DNA of 64,000 bases, taken from NCBI GenBank assembly GCA_965235115.1, contig OZ249436.1:55676001-55740000 (forward strand). The letters are read 5' to 3'. Positions within the stretch are counted from its first letter, which is position 1. Each line of letters starts with the position of its first letter. Shown here one piece after another: positions 37,775-51,125 of this stretch. A model generated the notes under the pieces. It worked only from the letters and a program-made list of their open reading frames with translations, did not search any database and was not told the origin of the DNA. Both the position numbers and the translations under genes were made by a program. The stretch is from Laetmonice hystrix. Lineage: Eukaryota.

Positions 37775-39253
37775 GCAGGGAATCCAGAACCCTTACAAAC
37801 GCCTGAATTTTCCCGCCTGTGGTGAGAACATTTCATTACTGTGCGGAGTGAATTACTGCTGGCCCGGGTGAAATGGCGGATATTGCTGGAGGGGAGTTCT
37901 AGGACGCACTGTGGAAGGATGAGGAGGGTGGGTTCAACCCAATACAACGGTTGAATTTCAACTTTTGATTTTTTTTTGTGTCCTGTGAAATTCGTTCGAA
38001 TTTTTCGAGATGGCCCTTGGCGGACCGATGGTTTTCCTTCTTTTCTTAGTCATTAACAATCTCTACATAAATATTTCAGCGAGTACATTTAGTTTTCTTG
38101 GTTGAGTGTTTATTGATTTATCACTGAGTCGCACACATTGTATTTTCTACATATAGGCTTACATGAACATTCTATGCAGACAAATGATAAAGATGGCCTC
38201 CACTTCTTGAAATGGAAGTCGCCCCAAAAAGTCAATTTAGTGCGTCTGAAGATTCGCCCCCTTGGCGTCACATTTCAAATCAGTATGAAATTGGGCACCT
38301 CAGGATTCCGAGTGGCCGATATTGTTACATCCGTATTCCCCGTGAGCACTTCCTTTTACACATGCGCAATGACAACATGTCAGTAGAGGAACAACTGGCA
38401 AATTCCAAAGAATAAGTATGATATTGGATCATTGTCTTGATCACTTTTAGTTTCTATGCTAAGGCTCACCAAAATAATATCAAATAAAAGTCAATTCGTC
38501 GAAATCTTTAACAGCGGTACATATGCTATGGATACGGAAACGGTGACAATTTTTCCTCACTTGGAAGATCTTGCTCTAGGGCCTTCATATTGAAAATATA
38601 TTATTTTAGAACAGCAACAAACATGATTTTGACTCCTTTGTTTGTTTTGGGCTGCCGTAAGGATAAGAAGTTCTCAATGATTATTGATCTCAATTATCAA
38701 GGTGTTTATTTTTGTACCCATATTTAGTATTTAACCTAATTCTGGGCCCGATTTCTAAGTCATGTTCAGTTTAATTGCGTTGTGGCCAATCACATTTGAA
38801 TTACGTTTGGTAAAATTAATGTTATAATTTTTAATTTGATAATATTATCGCATCGGCTAACAAAATTTGACTCTCTGCCCCAGTTCGTGTATTCAGACTC
38901 GAATCACAGCCTCTTGTCGTGGCATCCAATACGCTAAGATATTTCAAACGCTTGGCCGGAAGTTAGTTGTCGCCATCAGAAACGTTATTATGATTCAAAG
39001 ACTTACGTTTTAGTGAGACCCCTTATCCTATTTTTATAGTATTCTTTGTGCTATTCCACCACTACCTCACTCCATGTGATGTGTTCCGGGATGGCGACAT
39101 CAAGTTTTACATAATAATAATGAAAACAATTTCGACTCAGTTATCTCAGTAAAATGTCACCTCCTTCCAATGAGTGACTCTAGGAACACAAATAGCGAAT
39201 GTAAAGGAGATTCTCTACTCTTCTAATCACCGGCAAATCTACTCGAGACTGCA

Positions 39254-39690
39254 CTGAATGATATTATGGCTACATGTTATGGCTAGATTTTATCCTTGTA
39301 CTGAATGTTATGGCTACATTTTATCCTTGTACTGAATGATATGGCTACATGTTATCCTTGTACTGAATGATATGGCTACATGTTATCCTTGTACTGAATG
39401 ATGTTATGGCTACATGTTATCCTTGTACTGAATGATATGGCTACATGTTATCCTTGTACTGAATGATATGTTATCCTTGTACTGAATGATATGTTATCCT
39501 TGTACTGAATGATATGTTATCCTTGTACTGAATGATATGGCTACATTTTATCCTTGTACTGAATGATATGGCTACATGTTATCCTTGTACTGAATGATAT
39601 GGCTACATGTTATCCTTGTACTGAATGATATGTTATCCTTGTACTGAATGATATGTTATCCTTGTACTGAATGATATGGCTACATTTTAT
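39254..39690. repeat. Minisatellite of mixed 31-bp and 23-bp units, 15 units
   Basis: A = ctgaatgatatggctacatgttatccttgta (31 bp). B = ctgaatgatatgttatccttgta (23 bp, internal 8-bp deletion). A few longer variants are present. Confidence 0.95.
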
Positions 39691-40429
39691 TTCATTCCTG
39701 CATTCCATTAACAGAGATCCTTACTACAATGCCCGATGCCCCTATATATATAACTGAATATGTATGAAAGAGCTAAGAAGGAGGCGGGGTAGCTAGTACG
39801 TCAACTTTGAGAAGGAAGTAAAATTCCCCTCTTTCAAAGCGTTGTTTATACGGTTTACTTTATGGCATCATTCCCGCAAATAGACCACGTTTTATGTTAT
39901 CTTTGTGTTGGCTTCGAAACCAAGAAGATAAAACATCTAGCATTCCGAATTTGCACCCGTAGGCCATTTATTTTTATTTTTATTCTATATCAGAAGAGTG
40001 CCTCTGAACTCTTCACTATAAAACCTAGCAATTCCCCATTGACCTTACTCTCTTATTGTGGATTGAACCCGTCAGCACCTCAACCTCCTACATGCCCATT
40101 CAGGTCAATCTCAGCAAGATGAAAGACAGTAAAGCTCCACTAAGATCAGCTATTGGTTTGAGTACCCGACCACTTCATCTTCTTGCCCTTAGATCGCCTG
40201 GCGGAAGCAGTGACCTATATACTAGGTCACGTGACAAGCGAGCTCTTCACGACTTAAGGTCATGTTGCCGGAAGCGTGAATATTTAATAGATACTCCTAT
40301 TCAAAATGCCATATAAATTAACAATTGCTCAGTAGAGCGAAAGGTATCCACTTTTTGAGGTTATACGGCTATAGCTAATGATGGCTTCATTTTTTAAAGG
40401 TAAGTGTGCAACAGTATGATACTGTAGAA

Positions 40430-41156
40430 CAGGGGTTCTTAACCGGGGGGAAATTTCCCCCTAGGGAGAGATTTCTGGATGTCAGGGGGGAAATAGGAGC
40501 ATCTGGGTTTTTTTGTTTTTTGTTTTATTATTCATGCCACAAACTAGGCCCTATTTACCCCTACAGGGCCAGATTGGGCCTCTCAAATGTAAGAAGGTAT
40601 AAAATATTACTATAGTACTAGCATAGTCCTTTAACTGACTTTTATATGCAGCTTAAGTTTTAATCAGTAAATCTTGAAAAGATCACACCATTTCTCATAG
40701 TCATATGTTCAGGTTGATGGGAAATCATTTTGTACAGGGTTTAGGAGAGTGTGGAATCCTAGAGAAATACTTTATTTACCAAATTTCCGCTTTTTCCGGT
40801 TCAAAATGCGTGGTCTTCGGGATCGATGTAAATATGATGATATCTCAAAAACGCATATGGGGAGGGGGGTTAGGGTGAAACTTGTCCAAATCCATGTTAG
40901 ATGATACACCCTCTCAAATGCCACCAAAATGCACCCAATTAATGTCAAGATTTTCAAATTTTCTACCAAGGGAGGGGGCCCCCTCCCTTGACCCTCCCCC
41001 TCCCCTCCGAGGCATGTTATGTGATATATCCTTAATGTCTCGAAACCAAAGTTTGCCACGATATAACTATCTAAAGGTCGGGCGGGGGGCAGGGGGAAAT
41101 AATGCTCTGGTAGTGGCCAAAGTGGGAAACGGTAAGAAAAACGTTAAGAACCGCTG
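40430..41156. mobile_element. Non-autonomous hAT (Buster/Charlie-type) element, 727 bp
   Basis: TIRs caggggttcttaac (40430-40443) and gttaagaaccgctg (41143-41156) match at 13/14. There is a perfect 8-bp TSD CTGTAGAA at 40422-40429 and 41157-41164, with the central TA typical of Buster hATs. Confidence 0.92.
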
Positions 41157-43925
41157 CTGTAGAAGTACTAAAATTGCATGCTAAGGTAGTATACTCTGAT
41201 CTCATGTAAAAACAAAGAATGGAAAATATTGAGGATCTATGATAGTCGCACTACACCGCACTACAAGCACACTTGGAGTGACTGATTTTTTTATAGTTAG
41301 ATTGTAGCTTTGACACAAATGACACTTCTTCCTCTGATGGTCACTTTAAAAAAGGGGAGGATCAGGTATAGGGTCGAAGGGGGGGGGGGTCGTGTTGGGG
41401 ATTTGCCGTTGCACCAACAACTTTCCACTCCAAACCCTCCGTACTCTTAAATATTATATAGTTGCGTCTGACCCGTGTGTCACCTTCTCTCCTCATACCA
41501 ATATAACTGCAGGGAGCCTGCCGAGGAGGGTTACACAGATCAGGATCCACACAGAAAATATAAAATACACACATTGCCGATATCAGTAACCGTGTATGTT
41601 ATGTAGAGCCCACTGTAAAGGGCTCCTGCAAAAGTGCAAGAGGCCGGTGATCTGATGTTATGAACGCTTACAAGGCCTATGTGTGTGCTTGATATTTTGA
41701 TGTGCGATGGTAGTTAAGCCCCCTCCCTCCCCTGGCAGCCGTGGTCAGCCGACAGCATGATCACTGGACCAGCAAAGATAGACCGGAAACTGTCCACTTC
41801 GCTAGGCGCAGGGTGGGACAGTAGTGCAGCCGCCATTTTTAACGGAATTTCCGTTGCGCGCGGAAGTGGCGTTGTGCGCATGACATACACTGAGACTGGT
41901 CCCCTGCCCCCTGCCTCCGCTCCGCGTAATCAAGAGAGCTGGGGGCCAGTCCAAACGTTGCTATCTATAAAACAACCAATCAGAAAATTCGGCCCACTAA
42001 AGATAGACTAACCAATCCGCGCTATGCTGCTGCTACTCCGATATGGACCTAGCTACCCTGCATGGTCATGCCGTTGGTGGGTCCGGTGGGTCTGCCAGGT
42101 GGACTACAGCAACGGTCGTCCTATCGCACCGGAAGCAGTCGGGTGCAGTCGGGAACCATGGCTGCCGACTCGAGTTGAGCAAAATTGGGAAAGTGTACGG
42201 CGGGCTTTAGGGCGACTGATCCAAAATAGAAAAATCTGATAGCCAGGGAAAATCCGATCTTCCTCTGCCAATTTGGACTTTCTGGAGCAAACAGTGTAGC
42301 CTATGAGTTATTATTAAGGGATAAGTAAACAGAAAAAGAAAGATCTATGATACGAAAACCGTGTCTACGCCGCTATGAAGACAAACGGTCTCCCCGCTCT
42401 AGCAGGGATATAAAGAGACATGCTCGACAAGCGACCGCAAAAGGAGCCGAATTTGAGGTACGCAGTAACCAATTTTCCGAACCACTGATTCAGAATGTTC
42501 CGAAAATGGTCGCCGGTTCCCATGCAGTGAGACAAAATGCAGACGGAACCTTAAAAGTGAGTTCACGCAAAGAGTTTAAACTTGTGAAAGAGGAGTTCAG
42601 TCATAATAAAAGAGAAGAACTGCACCAGACTAGTAGTAGTAGTTTGGCCCGTGTTTTATTCATTTTCTATTGTAGGTTATGCACTACTTGCCCCTTCATG
42701 TAGCTATGTCAAGTTAGATGCAAATATTCCACGAGGTGCCCATTGGGCATAATGCGTTTCTTATGCTCATATCACGGGGCAGTGTGCTGGTACCGCGACC
42801 AATTGTTTTGTAGTTCAGTTGCATCAGTGAACCTTCTCGTGTCATATCAGTGCAAAGAACAACGACTAACTTTTTTAAGGCATGACGTAACTCTCATTAA
42901 ATAATTATGTGCCCTAGATCACGTAGGTAGTAATTTAAACAGTTGAATTCCTGGCAGATCGGCAAGACCGACCGCCCTCCACTTGCACGGAGCAAATCGA
43001 CATAAGAAGTAGCATTCTACTTATTATATCAAAGCTACGTCAATTTTTAGTCAAAAATGTATGCCCCCCCCCCCCCCCATTGCTGGTGCATTGGTACGGT
43101 GTGATACACGCATCCTGTATACAAAAACCTAATATACAAACACCTAGTATACAAACATAATAACACAGTAAAAAACTAAAGCGTTGTAAATCTACTCCTT
43201 CTGCTGCAACTCTTCAAGTGTCAGTTAGACCTTTCAACGAGTTCAATGTATTTTACACTTTAAAAGTAGAAAAGTAGGATTCCCCCGACCTACACCCGGC
43301 TATTTATGACGTCACAGGTTATGCAGATTGGCTGCAACCTTAACCTTTGACTGATCACGATTGACTCTTTCCTGTTCCTTTCTTTGACTCTATACCCCCG
43401 ACGTGTCATACCTGCGAGAGCCAGGTAATGCGACTTGTATTGCTCACAGAAACACCATCTCTGGGGGCGAGATCATATTAACTCCTTGGTAAAGACATTT
43501 GACGTTTTCATAATAGGCCTATACGGAGTAGATCTATACGGAGTATGCCTATAGCCTCCTAGGCTGCAGACCTGTGAACTTTATACAAATGGACCTGTCT
43601 GAAATCACCAGGCCATACGGTTCGCACCAAGACTAAACATAATGTTTGCGTATGCGAAATTAACCGACAATTTGGTTAAATTGGCCAATTGACCCTTTTC
43701 GGGTGGAAGTTGAACCCCAGGAAAGGGTAGGCAAATACCCCATAAATGTCATCCTCCGCTGAGTTCGCTGTAAGCTTCAGAAAGAGTCGAAACAAAACTA
43801 CTTTACAGTGTTGAGATGTTTTCTCTTTGAAAAGTGTTAATGTAACACAAAAAGAGCAGTCACCGTTTGTTTGAAAGAGTTGCAGCTTACCGCAACTATT
43901 TAGTTTTTAGAGTGTACATTGCCTT

Positions 43926-44190
43926 CAGTAGAGCGCATACCTCGGCCAAGCGAAGCAGTCCTCCATGTTGGCCTATATCTCGCAATGGTGAAGAAATGAC
44001 AAATGATCCTGAATCCACGAAAACATACGGATCGATTCATCATTGTTTCCTGGCACGAGACCAATCATACCTGAAGGTTCCATGAAAATCCGTTAATTAT
44101 ACTTTTTGAGATATCTTGCGAATAGAAAAACAGAGAAACAAACAGACAGACCGGGCTAAAAACATAACTTCCTTCCAACTTCGTTGTCGG
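43926..44190 (+). mobile_element. Non-autonomous interspersed element of a widespread aquatic-animal type (class uncertain)
   Basis: Layout tatctcgcaatggtgaagaa..catgaaaatccgtt..actttttgagatatcttgc..(a)cagacagac..aaaacataacttcctt, recognised from memory of common invertebrate and fish repeats. No second copy in the window. Confidence 0.45.
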
Positions 44191-46325
44191 AGAAAATAAC
44201 CCTACCATCAGCACTGGTTTCATTTTTGTACGTGTCAGATTTCACGTACGTCACTGCAACACATCACCGGGAAGTTAAGGTGGGGAAATCCGACCACAGC
44301 CAATTCCAAATGGAAATTTCTAAGGGAGTGGTTGGGTTTGGTTACATTTATGATTCTTATTTATAGTTTCTGCATGGCCTTCTCTGTGAATCAACATACA
44401 TGTATATATTACTATACTTTTCATATGATTATGTTGTTAGGTGAACTGTTCAACCAATACATTGTTCTATGTTGAGTGAGGACAGAAAAGTTACAGTGCG
44501 GGGTCCTCAACATAGAATCATGTCGTTGGTAAGTCGACTTCCTGGAACGATACATGTTTGTATCCGAAACCGAATACTCACAACATGTTTGGACGTTCTG
44601 TGGAAATCAACATACCATCCTAACCAATAAAGACCTAACTTGACCTCTAAATCTAGGGCATGCGCATGTAGAAATCATTTTATTGCGCGATCATTTCGCA
44701 CGGATCATAGGTACAACTTAACCCCCACGAAATTTGGTAAAAAGTAAAGATCCATATATAGTCCTGACCTTATCCATAACCCCTAACCCCGGTCCGTACA
44801 CCTCCCAAAAACGTCTCCCTCTACTATCCCTATCCCTGACCTTAACTGGAACTCCTGCCCAAAAATGTTGTGGAATAACCGGATCAGAACGTAATTACTC
44901 GGCCTGTAGCGATTTAAAAACATCATTTGGCCGGTTGCAAGAACATTTTGTGAAGTTAATCCCAAGAATGGCTTAACTTCTAGCCTAGATTTAAGGTTGG
45001 GGACGTTTGGTAGTCCTGTTTAATGGAATTCTTTTGTGCTTGGTCAACGAAATAAGGGCCAGTCTCCAAAAATGAGAAAAGGCTAGAAAATTCTGACTTT
45101 CTGGGAACTGAAAATATGCGTAAATCCACAGATTGGGTTAATCTCGAGACTATAACTATGTCCTTGCAATCGGCCAATTATGTTTAAAATCCTTAATCTT
45201 CCTAAACTTATATAGGTCTATATCCTATATCGGGCCTAAACCAACTTGTTTACTGTTATTATTAAATTATAAAGTTCATAGAATGTACGTTATGAAAAAC
45301 TATCAAAGTATGATAAGCTAAACAAATCGAGCTACTGATATTTAAGGGGCTTCTGGGCCATGTGAGATGTGCGTACATCTTTAAACATGAAGCTTCCGGA
45401 GAAGGCAAATAATCAACCGAAGATCAATCAACTGTTTACGCTGTGACGTTCAAAGACTTCCTATGTCTACCCAATCCAAATAGCTTCCGAAAGCTACTGT
45501 ATATTTCATAATGTAGTATAGGCCCAATTACATAATACATTTCGCTCTTACAATCAGCTCCACTCAGAGCCTGCTTTGCCTGGTCGCGGGAACTGCCGAC
45601 CCTGCGAGTCGCAGGGCCCGACGTCATATCCGGTGTTGGTCCCCAGCACCGCATGGAAAATTCCATCCTTGTCTTGCCCGCATACAGTTTGTCCCTCTGA
45701 GACGGTCCCTTTCTAAGACGAGCCTGTTTACTGGCGCTCGGGTCGATCAATTCTGGAACAGCTAGGGGGACGAGTCAGAATTTGCGCCAGTGATTAAAAT
45801 GCCTGAACAGCGTCGATAGGCATTCAAGGCGGCTGCGGCCTACGCTAGAACCAACTATTGATCGTCATATACGGCAGTCGATCCCATTTCAAGCCTCCTT
45901 GAAAACGCCCATGTCCAACAGAGACCTGGAACAGGATAATTTTGCGTTGCTATGGTAACTCAAGTCTTGCCGGGCTTTATTATGAATAGGGAACACATGC
46001 AAGTGTTGGTGGGAGAAAGGGGGGGTATATGTACTCTCAGGGCTGCCTCTCTAGCGGCTCGGTGGGCGCACAGGGTCTGCCCAGGGGCTCCTGGCACCAG
46101 GCCAACTCTGAGCTGAAATTATATATGTTGTTGATGAGCGGTAAAAGCCTGGCGGGCGTAGTTGAATATTACCCCATTTTTCAGCAGAGCTAGCGCGTGA
46201 CGTCAATGGTTGCGATGGTAATCGATTCAGTGCCAATACAAGAGGCCCCTAAAACTGTATGACCGTATTTTGTAAACCGTTTAACGGCCTGATCCAGCAG
46301 CAAATTCCAGACAAAATCAGAATTT

Positions 46326-46327
<2 letters not shown>

Positions 46328-46375
<48 letters not shown>
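46328..46375. repeat. (CT)n microsatellite
   Basis: About 20 uninterrupted CT units followed by a short interrupted tail. Confidence 0.97.
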
Positions 46376-46376
<1 letters not shown>

Positions 46377-48738
46377 AAGAAATGGGATATAGAGGGCAAC
46401 AGAAATCATTCCTTTCCCTTTCATATCGACGTGGTGATACTCCCCCCCTGACTATAAAGGGTGTATCTATATGTCAGACGAGGGGGCAGTAGATTAACGT
46501 CAAATGCAGATTATACATCTTTTTTATAGAGCCCACAATGGCGCACAGTGAGTAGCTATGGGCCTATTACATGTCTCGTATCGTTTACCGAGAGAATGCC
46601 AGTTATATAACATCAAATGCATTGTGAAATGTCATTGGCATTGCTACAATATACAAGCAGAACGTGGTACCGGCCGTTTGTGTCCTTTTCATCAAAGAAT
46701 TTATGAATTGACAATATTCAAGTCTGTACAAATTTCTTCCAGACGGAACTATATAACTGTTCTGTGTATATGGACAGCTGGAGGATGGAGGGAATCAAAG
46801 ATGGTATCGCTTTGAAGCCGATCACTGTGTAATAAGTCAATATCCGCGCCTCAACTTTTTATACCTTTTCCTGGAGAAGCAATGGATCACAGAAAGTGCA
46901 GCATCGTAAAGCTTCTGCATATGTGGCACTATAAGTAAACCAGGAAGGTATAGGACTGCATGCATGCTCCGAAATTGCAATGCTTGTATGATCTTATCCC
47001 AAAGTATAAGAAGATATAAAGACTTTTTATCATTATTTTTTAACCTAATTTCCCTTTGGCCGTTGATGGGTCTTTTCTACAACCTCGTAGACAATTTAAG
47101 ACCACAGACGTGTACTTCCTCTGGGAAATCTATGTTGAGGCCAAGATTAAATTCCCGTGAGCGTTGGGCGTTTAATTGCAAGCAGACTGTTCGAAGGTTT
47201 TAAATGTCACCGAGATCAACTGACCTTAACATTCGAGCATAAATTCCCCTGTGCACTTCGTAACTGGCCACCCCTCAACGCAAACAAACGGGGGGAAAGA
47301 AGGTGCAGTGGCATCCCCCCTGCTCTGTTTAGAGGGCAATTGCCCTTCCATGTCGGAAAGGCCGCCTTCGTATAGTTCCATTACACGCTAGTTTGCCTAT
47401 GCACACGATGACGTGTAAAAAACCGTGTTAGATCTATGTCAGCGCTTATGGGCCTACCGTCGGCAATTTGAAGGTACAATCGTTAGTGGCAGCCACCTTC
47501 GTTTCTGAAGCCATGTTTAACAGCTGACCCTTTCCATAGTGCCACAAAATGTTACGCAATGCCAGTATAATTGTGTTTTCGGCGAGACATGTGTTTTTAT
47601 CGCGGCATGATTTTTTTATCCCCGTTCGGCAACCCAAGCTGTAACTTTGATGTGGAGTCTCATCTATTCTAAATCGTTGCGGCATAGCAACTCGCCCCTC
47701 GCCTGGGTAAAATTACATTAGATCTGGTCATTTATGGATACTATGAAGCTCCCTTGATAAGGCACCAAATCTGGGCATGCGTCTCAGCATGGTTGACATA
47801 AAAACACAGACTCAGCTCTCCTCTCGCACAGAGGGCAAAGTGTCGTTATCAATTGTTCCTGGTCTTTTATATATATAGTTCCTTACCTGACCCTTCTGGA
47901 TTCCTATTTGGAGCCTTTTCTACTAAAACCGCCTCTTTTCATAAACTTTCTGCCTCTGACCTTCCTTAAATTGCCAAATTTCCTTAAAATTCCTTATGAT
48001 TTAGCACCACAATGACCCCAAATCTTGATCCAACCCTCGGACGCCTCTACACAGCATCATCATGGTTGGCACACAATTGAACATTGTAGTGCCATACACA
48101 TTATACACACAAGATCATTCTTTTGATCTTTTTTTTGTAACACCAAGCTTGGCCGAAGTGTAATTAAAGATGCCTTAACTTGCATCCAATTGAATTGTTA
48201 CCTAGCACCAAAAGTTTCCGCAATCCCCACTGACAAGACCTTTAGGTACAAAAAAACGCATGGCTTCTTGGCATTTCGAATCGATGGCAAATCGCGGCCG
48301 GTATGCATGAGATTGGTTCACCTTGGAGGAGTAATTAGACGAGTACCGAATCTTGAAGGGCCTTCAACACTAATGCGAGTGTCTGCATGACGTCAGAATG
48401 ACTTTGAATTCAAAGGGCGGCACCTGGTTCTAATTAAGTATCAAGAATGGCCCTCGAAGATATACCGCAGAAGAGGGCTAAAGTTCCACCTTTGAACTAA
48501 AAATCAGTATGGGCGACCCTTCAGGATTTCCCAGCTCTTTCAGGTAGAGCAGACGTTACGAGCTGGTATACAGACTTTATGAACCATTTTCTAATTTAGT
48601 ATCATGGAGGGACCAGGGGATATCTATCACGGAGTGACAGAGTAGGCCTACGTAATTATCTGGTGTCCAACCTCAATGGGGTGTTCAAGTGGGTCAAGAG
48701 AGAACACGAGAAAACACCAGAACAGCCGAGTTCGGTCC

Positions 48739-49104
48739 CATTCGGGATTCCCTCGGGCATTTGACGTCACTTCCTGCTATTCGAAAATACCCTCTGGTGA
48801 ATTGGGCGCCATTATGGCAACCAGATACATGGCGAAATTGACCTGTGTAGCGAGGCACTGAGTGAACCGTCATATCCCATCGAGCCAGGAAGTAGTGTAT
48901 TATGGAAACCTGCTCATTCGGCGTTGTATGTGCAAATATAAATTTCTGGTATGAAGCGAAACGTTTGAAGAAGAAAAATGAATCACCTAATATACCTAAA
49001 TCGGCGCGTGATACAGTATTTTATTAAATTATGGGAAGCAATATGGCACGGTAGGGATACTTGTATCATGAACATGATAATATATTGCCCACTGACTTTA
49101 GGAA
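48739..49104 (-). repeat. Interspersed repeat, inverted paralogue of 29976-30365
   Basis: Reverse-complement match of about 370 bp, with scattered substitutions and indels. Confidence 0.9.
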
Positions 49105-49159
49105 GAGCACTAGAGGCCTATTTTAGTTGCTTCCATGCCTGATGTAGACAAAATACTGC

Positions 49160-49813
49160 AAGCACTGGCCAGAATCCCGGCTCAATGCACCCGCGATGCA
49201 ATGCTCAAAATGGCGCTCAATTCACCCGAGGCTACTTTCGAAGATATGGCCGAGGATTCCCAATTGGTTGGGTCCCAACGTAATCTCGTCACTGTACAAC
49301 ATTACAACGATTAGGGAAAAGTGTGTACAGTCCCGAGAATCCTCTTCAAGGGTAGCCACGTATCTAACAATGAATCCATCTTTAGAAGTCCATCCATGTA
49401 ATTCAGTGAATCCAGATGCCAATATACTTGAACACAATCGGGTACTGTTCTCCTGATTCCGACTCTCTGCTCATAGACTTAAGATAGAAACGGGACGGTG
49501 GGCAAGAATCCCAAGAGAAAGATCCTGCGACCAGGAGGAAATACAAGATGAACGTCACGTTATTTTAAATTGTCCTAAGACAGCTGATATTAGGCTTAAG
49601 TACTTAATCACTGACAGAGACGAAGTTTGTGATGTCTTCAAACGGGACGCACACCAAGTGTGTAATATCCTATATGAAATCATGGCAAAATACGTGTAAA
49701 GCATTATTATTGGACATATTTCTGTAACATTTAATGGTATATAGGTTCTAGAGGCCGAGCTCAAACTTTCTGTATGTGTTCGTTTATATCAATAAAATAC
49801 AATACAATACAAT
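49160..49813 (+). mobile_element. 5'-truncated LINE (L2/Crack/Daphne-like) 3' end
   Basis: Reading through one TGA (probably CGA>TGA) gives SRVATYLTMNPSLEVHP..RVLFS*FRLSAHRLKIETGRWARIPRERSC..IQDERHVILNCPKT..KY, ending TAA at 49697-49699. This is the typical ORF2 C-terminus of this LINE group. It is followed by aataaa and an (ATACA)n tail at 49791-49813. The 5' boundary is approximate. Confidence 0.88.
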
Positions 49814-51125
49814 ATAGTAGTCACTGTATAGCATTGCGAATCCCATAGCATCCGGCAACTGTCAACTTTTAAGTAGTAGTCCTAGTATTTCATGTTTAGG
49901 GCTATCATCACTATACAAAAAGAGTACTTTTCATTTTCTAGATGTCAAAATTGACAAAAATCTGGTCGATGTTTGAAAATGTGTTGTCTCATCTCCATAT
50001 TCATAATAAAAAAGGAAGAGGCCCCAAAGTTGAAGAAAATGTATCTGCTAGTTACAAATAGCTAGAAATAGCAAAGCAAAGCAAAGATTCCACAGCAACT
50101 AAGGTTTTCATAGCATATGAAAAAGTAATTCGCCCTTTCAAGTTAAAACAGCTCAGCATGTCCTATTCCAAATATGACGGTTTTGATAGGGCTATTCTGT
50201 TATCGGTTCTTACCCCCGACTAATGAAGTAGCCTCCCCCTTTTCGGACTTCGGCTACTTTGGGAATAGGGCAGGGAAGTGGGGGATTAAGCGATGGGCCT
50301 ACCAATCCCTTTACGCTTTCATGCATAAGGTGTCGTTTGTACCACTGGAGAGAGAGGGAGAGACACAGAGAGATTGAGAAACAGAGAGACGGGGAATGAT
50401 GTCATAAACACAATGACGAATCTCATCGATCTCAAACACGAGTATGTAATTTTAGATTTTTCCGCAAGGTGACGCTCTCGAAACAAAATATTAACTTTTG
50501 GCGCCACCTCGTGGTGAAGACCCAGTATTAATATCTTCAAACCAAAGCGACAGGGGGAGCGACTGCATGAGTTCGTTGGTGTGTTGTAAGCCCTGTCGGC
50601 AGTGGGGGGCCTATTTCTTCCATATTCAGTGCAGCAGTACGATGTTTACACCTTATTTCCCTCTAGTCCTCGAAAATCACACGCCAAGATGAATCTCTAC
50701 ACAGGGCATTTATTAAAGCCATTCCAGATCACCCCTTACGTCAATGACTACACAATGAAGACATGGGCCGTTAGGTTAGATAAGGCCTTGGCCTACATAA
50801 ATCAATAAAATGACGTATAGGCCTACCCACAGAAAGGGAGAACTCTATTGAAAAACATTCCAGTTGCGTGTTGTGGCTATGAAGCTATCAGCTATGGGCT
50901 GGTTGTTGACAAAATCGTTGGCCTGGCATTGACCCGAGCCAATGAAACTCATTGGCTCATCGCCCCTTCTTTAATATCATTTGTAGCACCCTTAGGTACT
51001 GCATAAACAGATGAACATACCACTAGTCTAGCTCTCCAGCTCAAGGGGTTTCTGTAGGAATGTGTAAGCGGTCTATAGGCCTACATCCCATATGTCCTCG
51101 GTTTCCCATACTGAAGTACCCCCCT

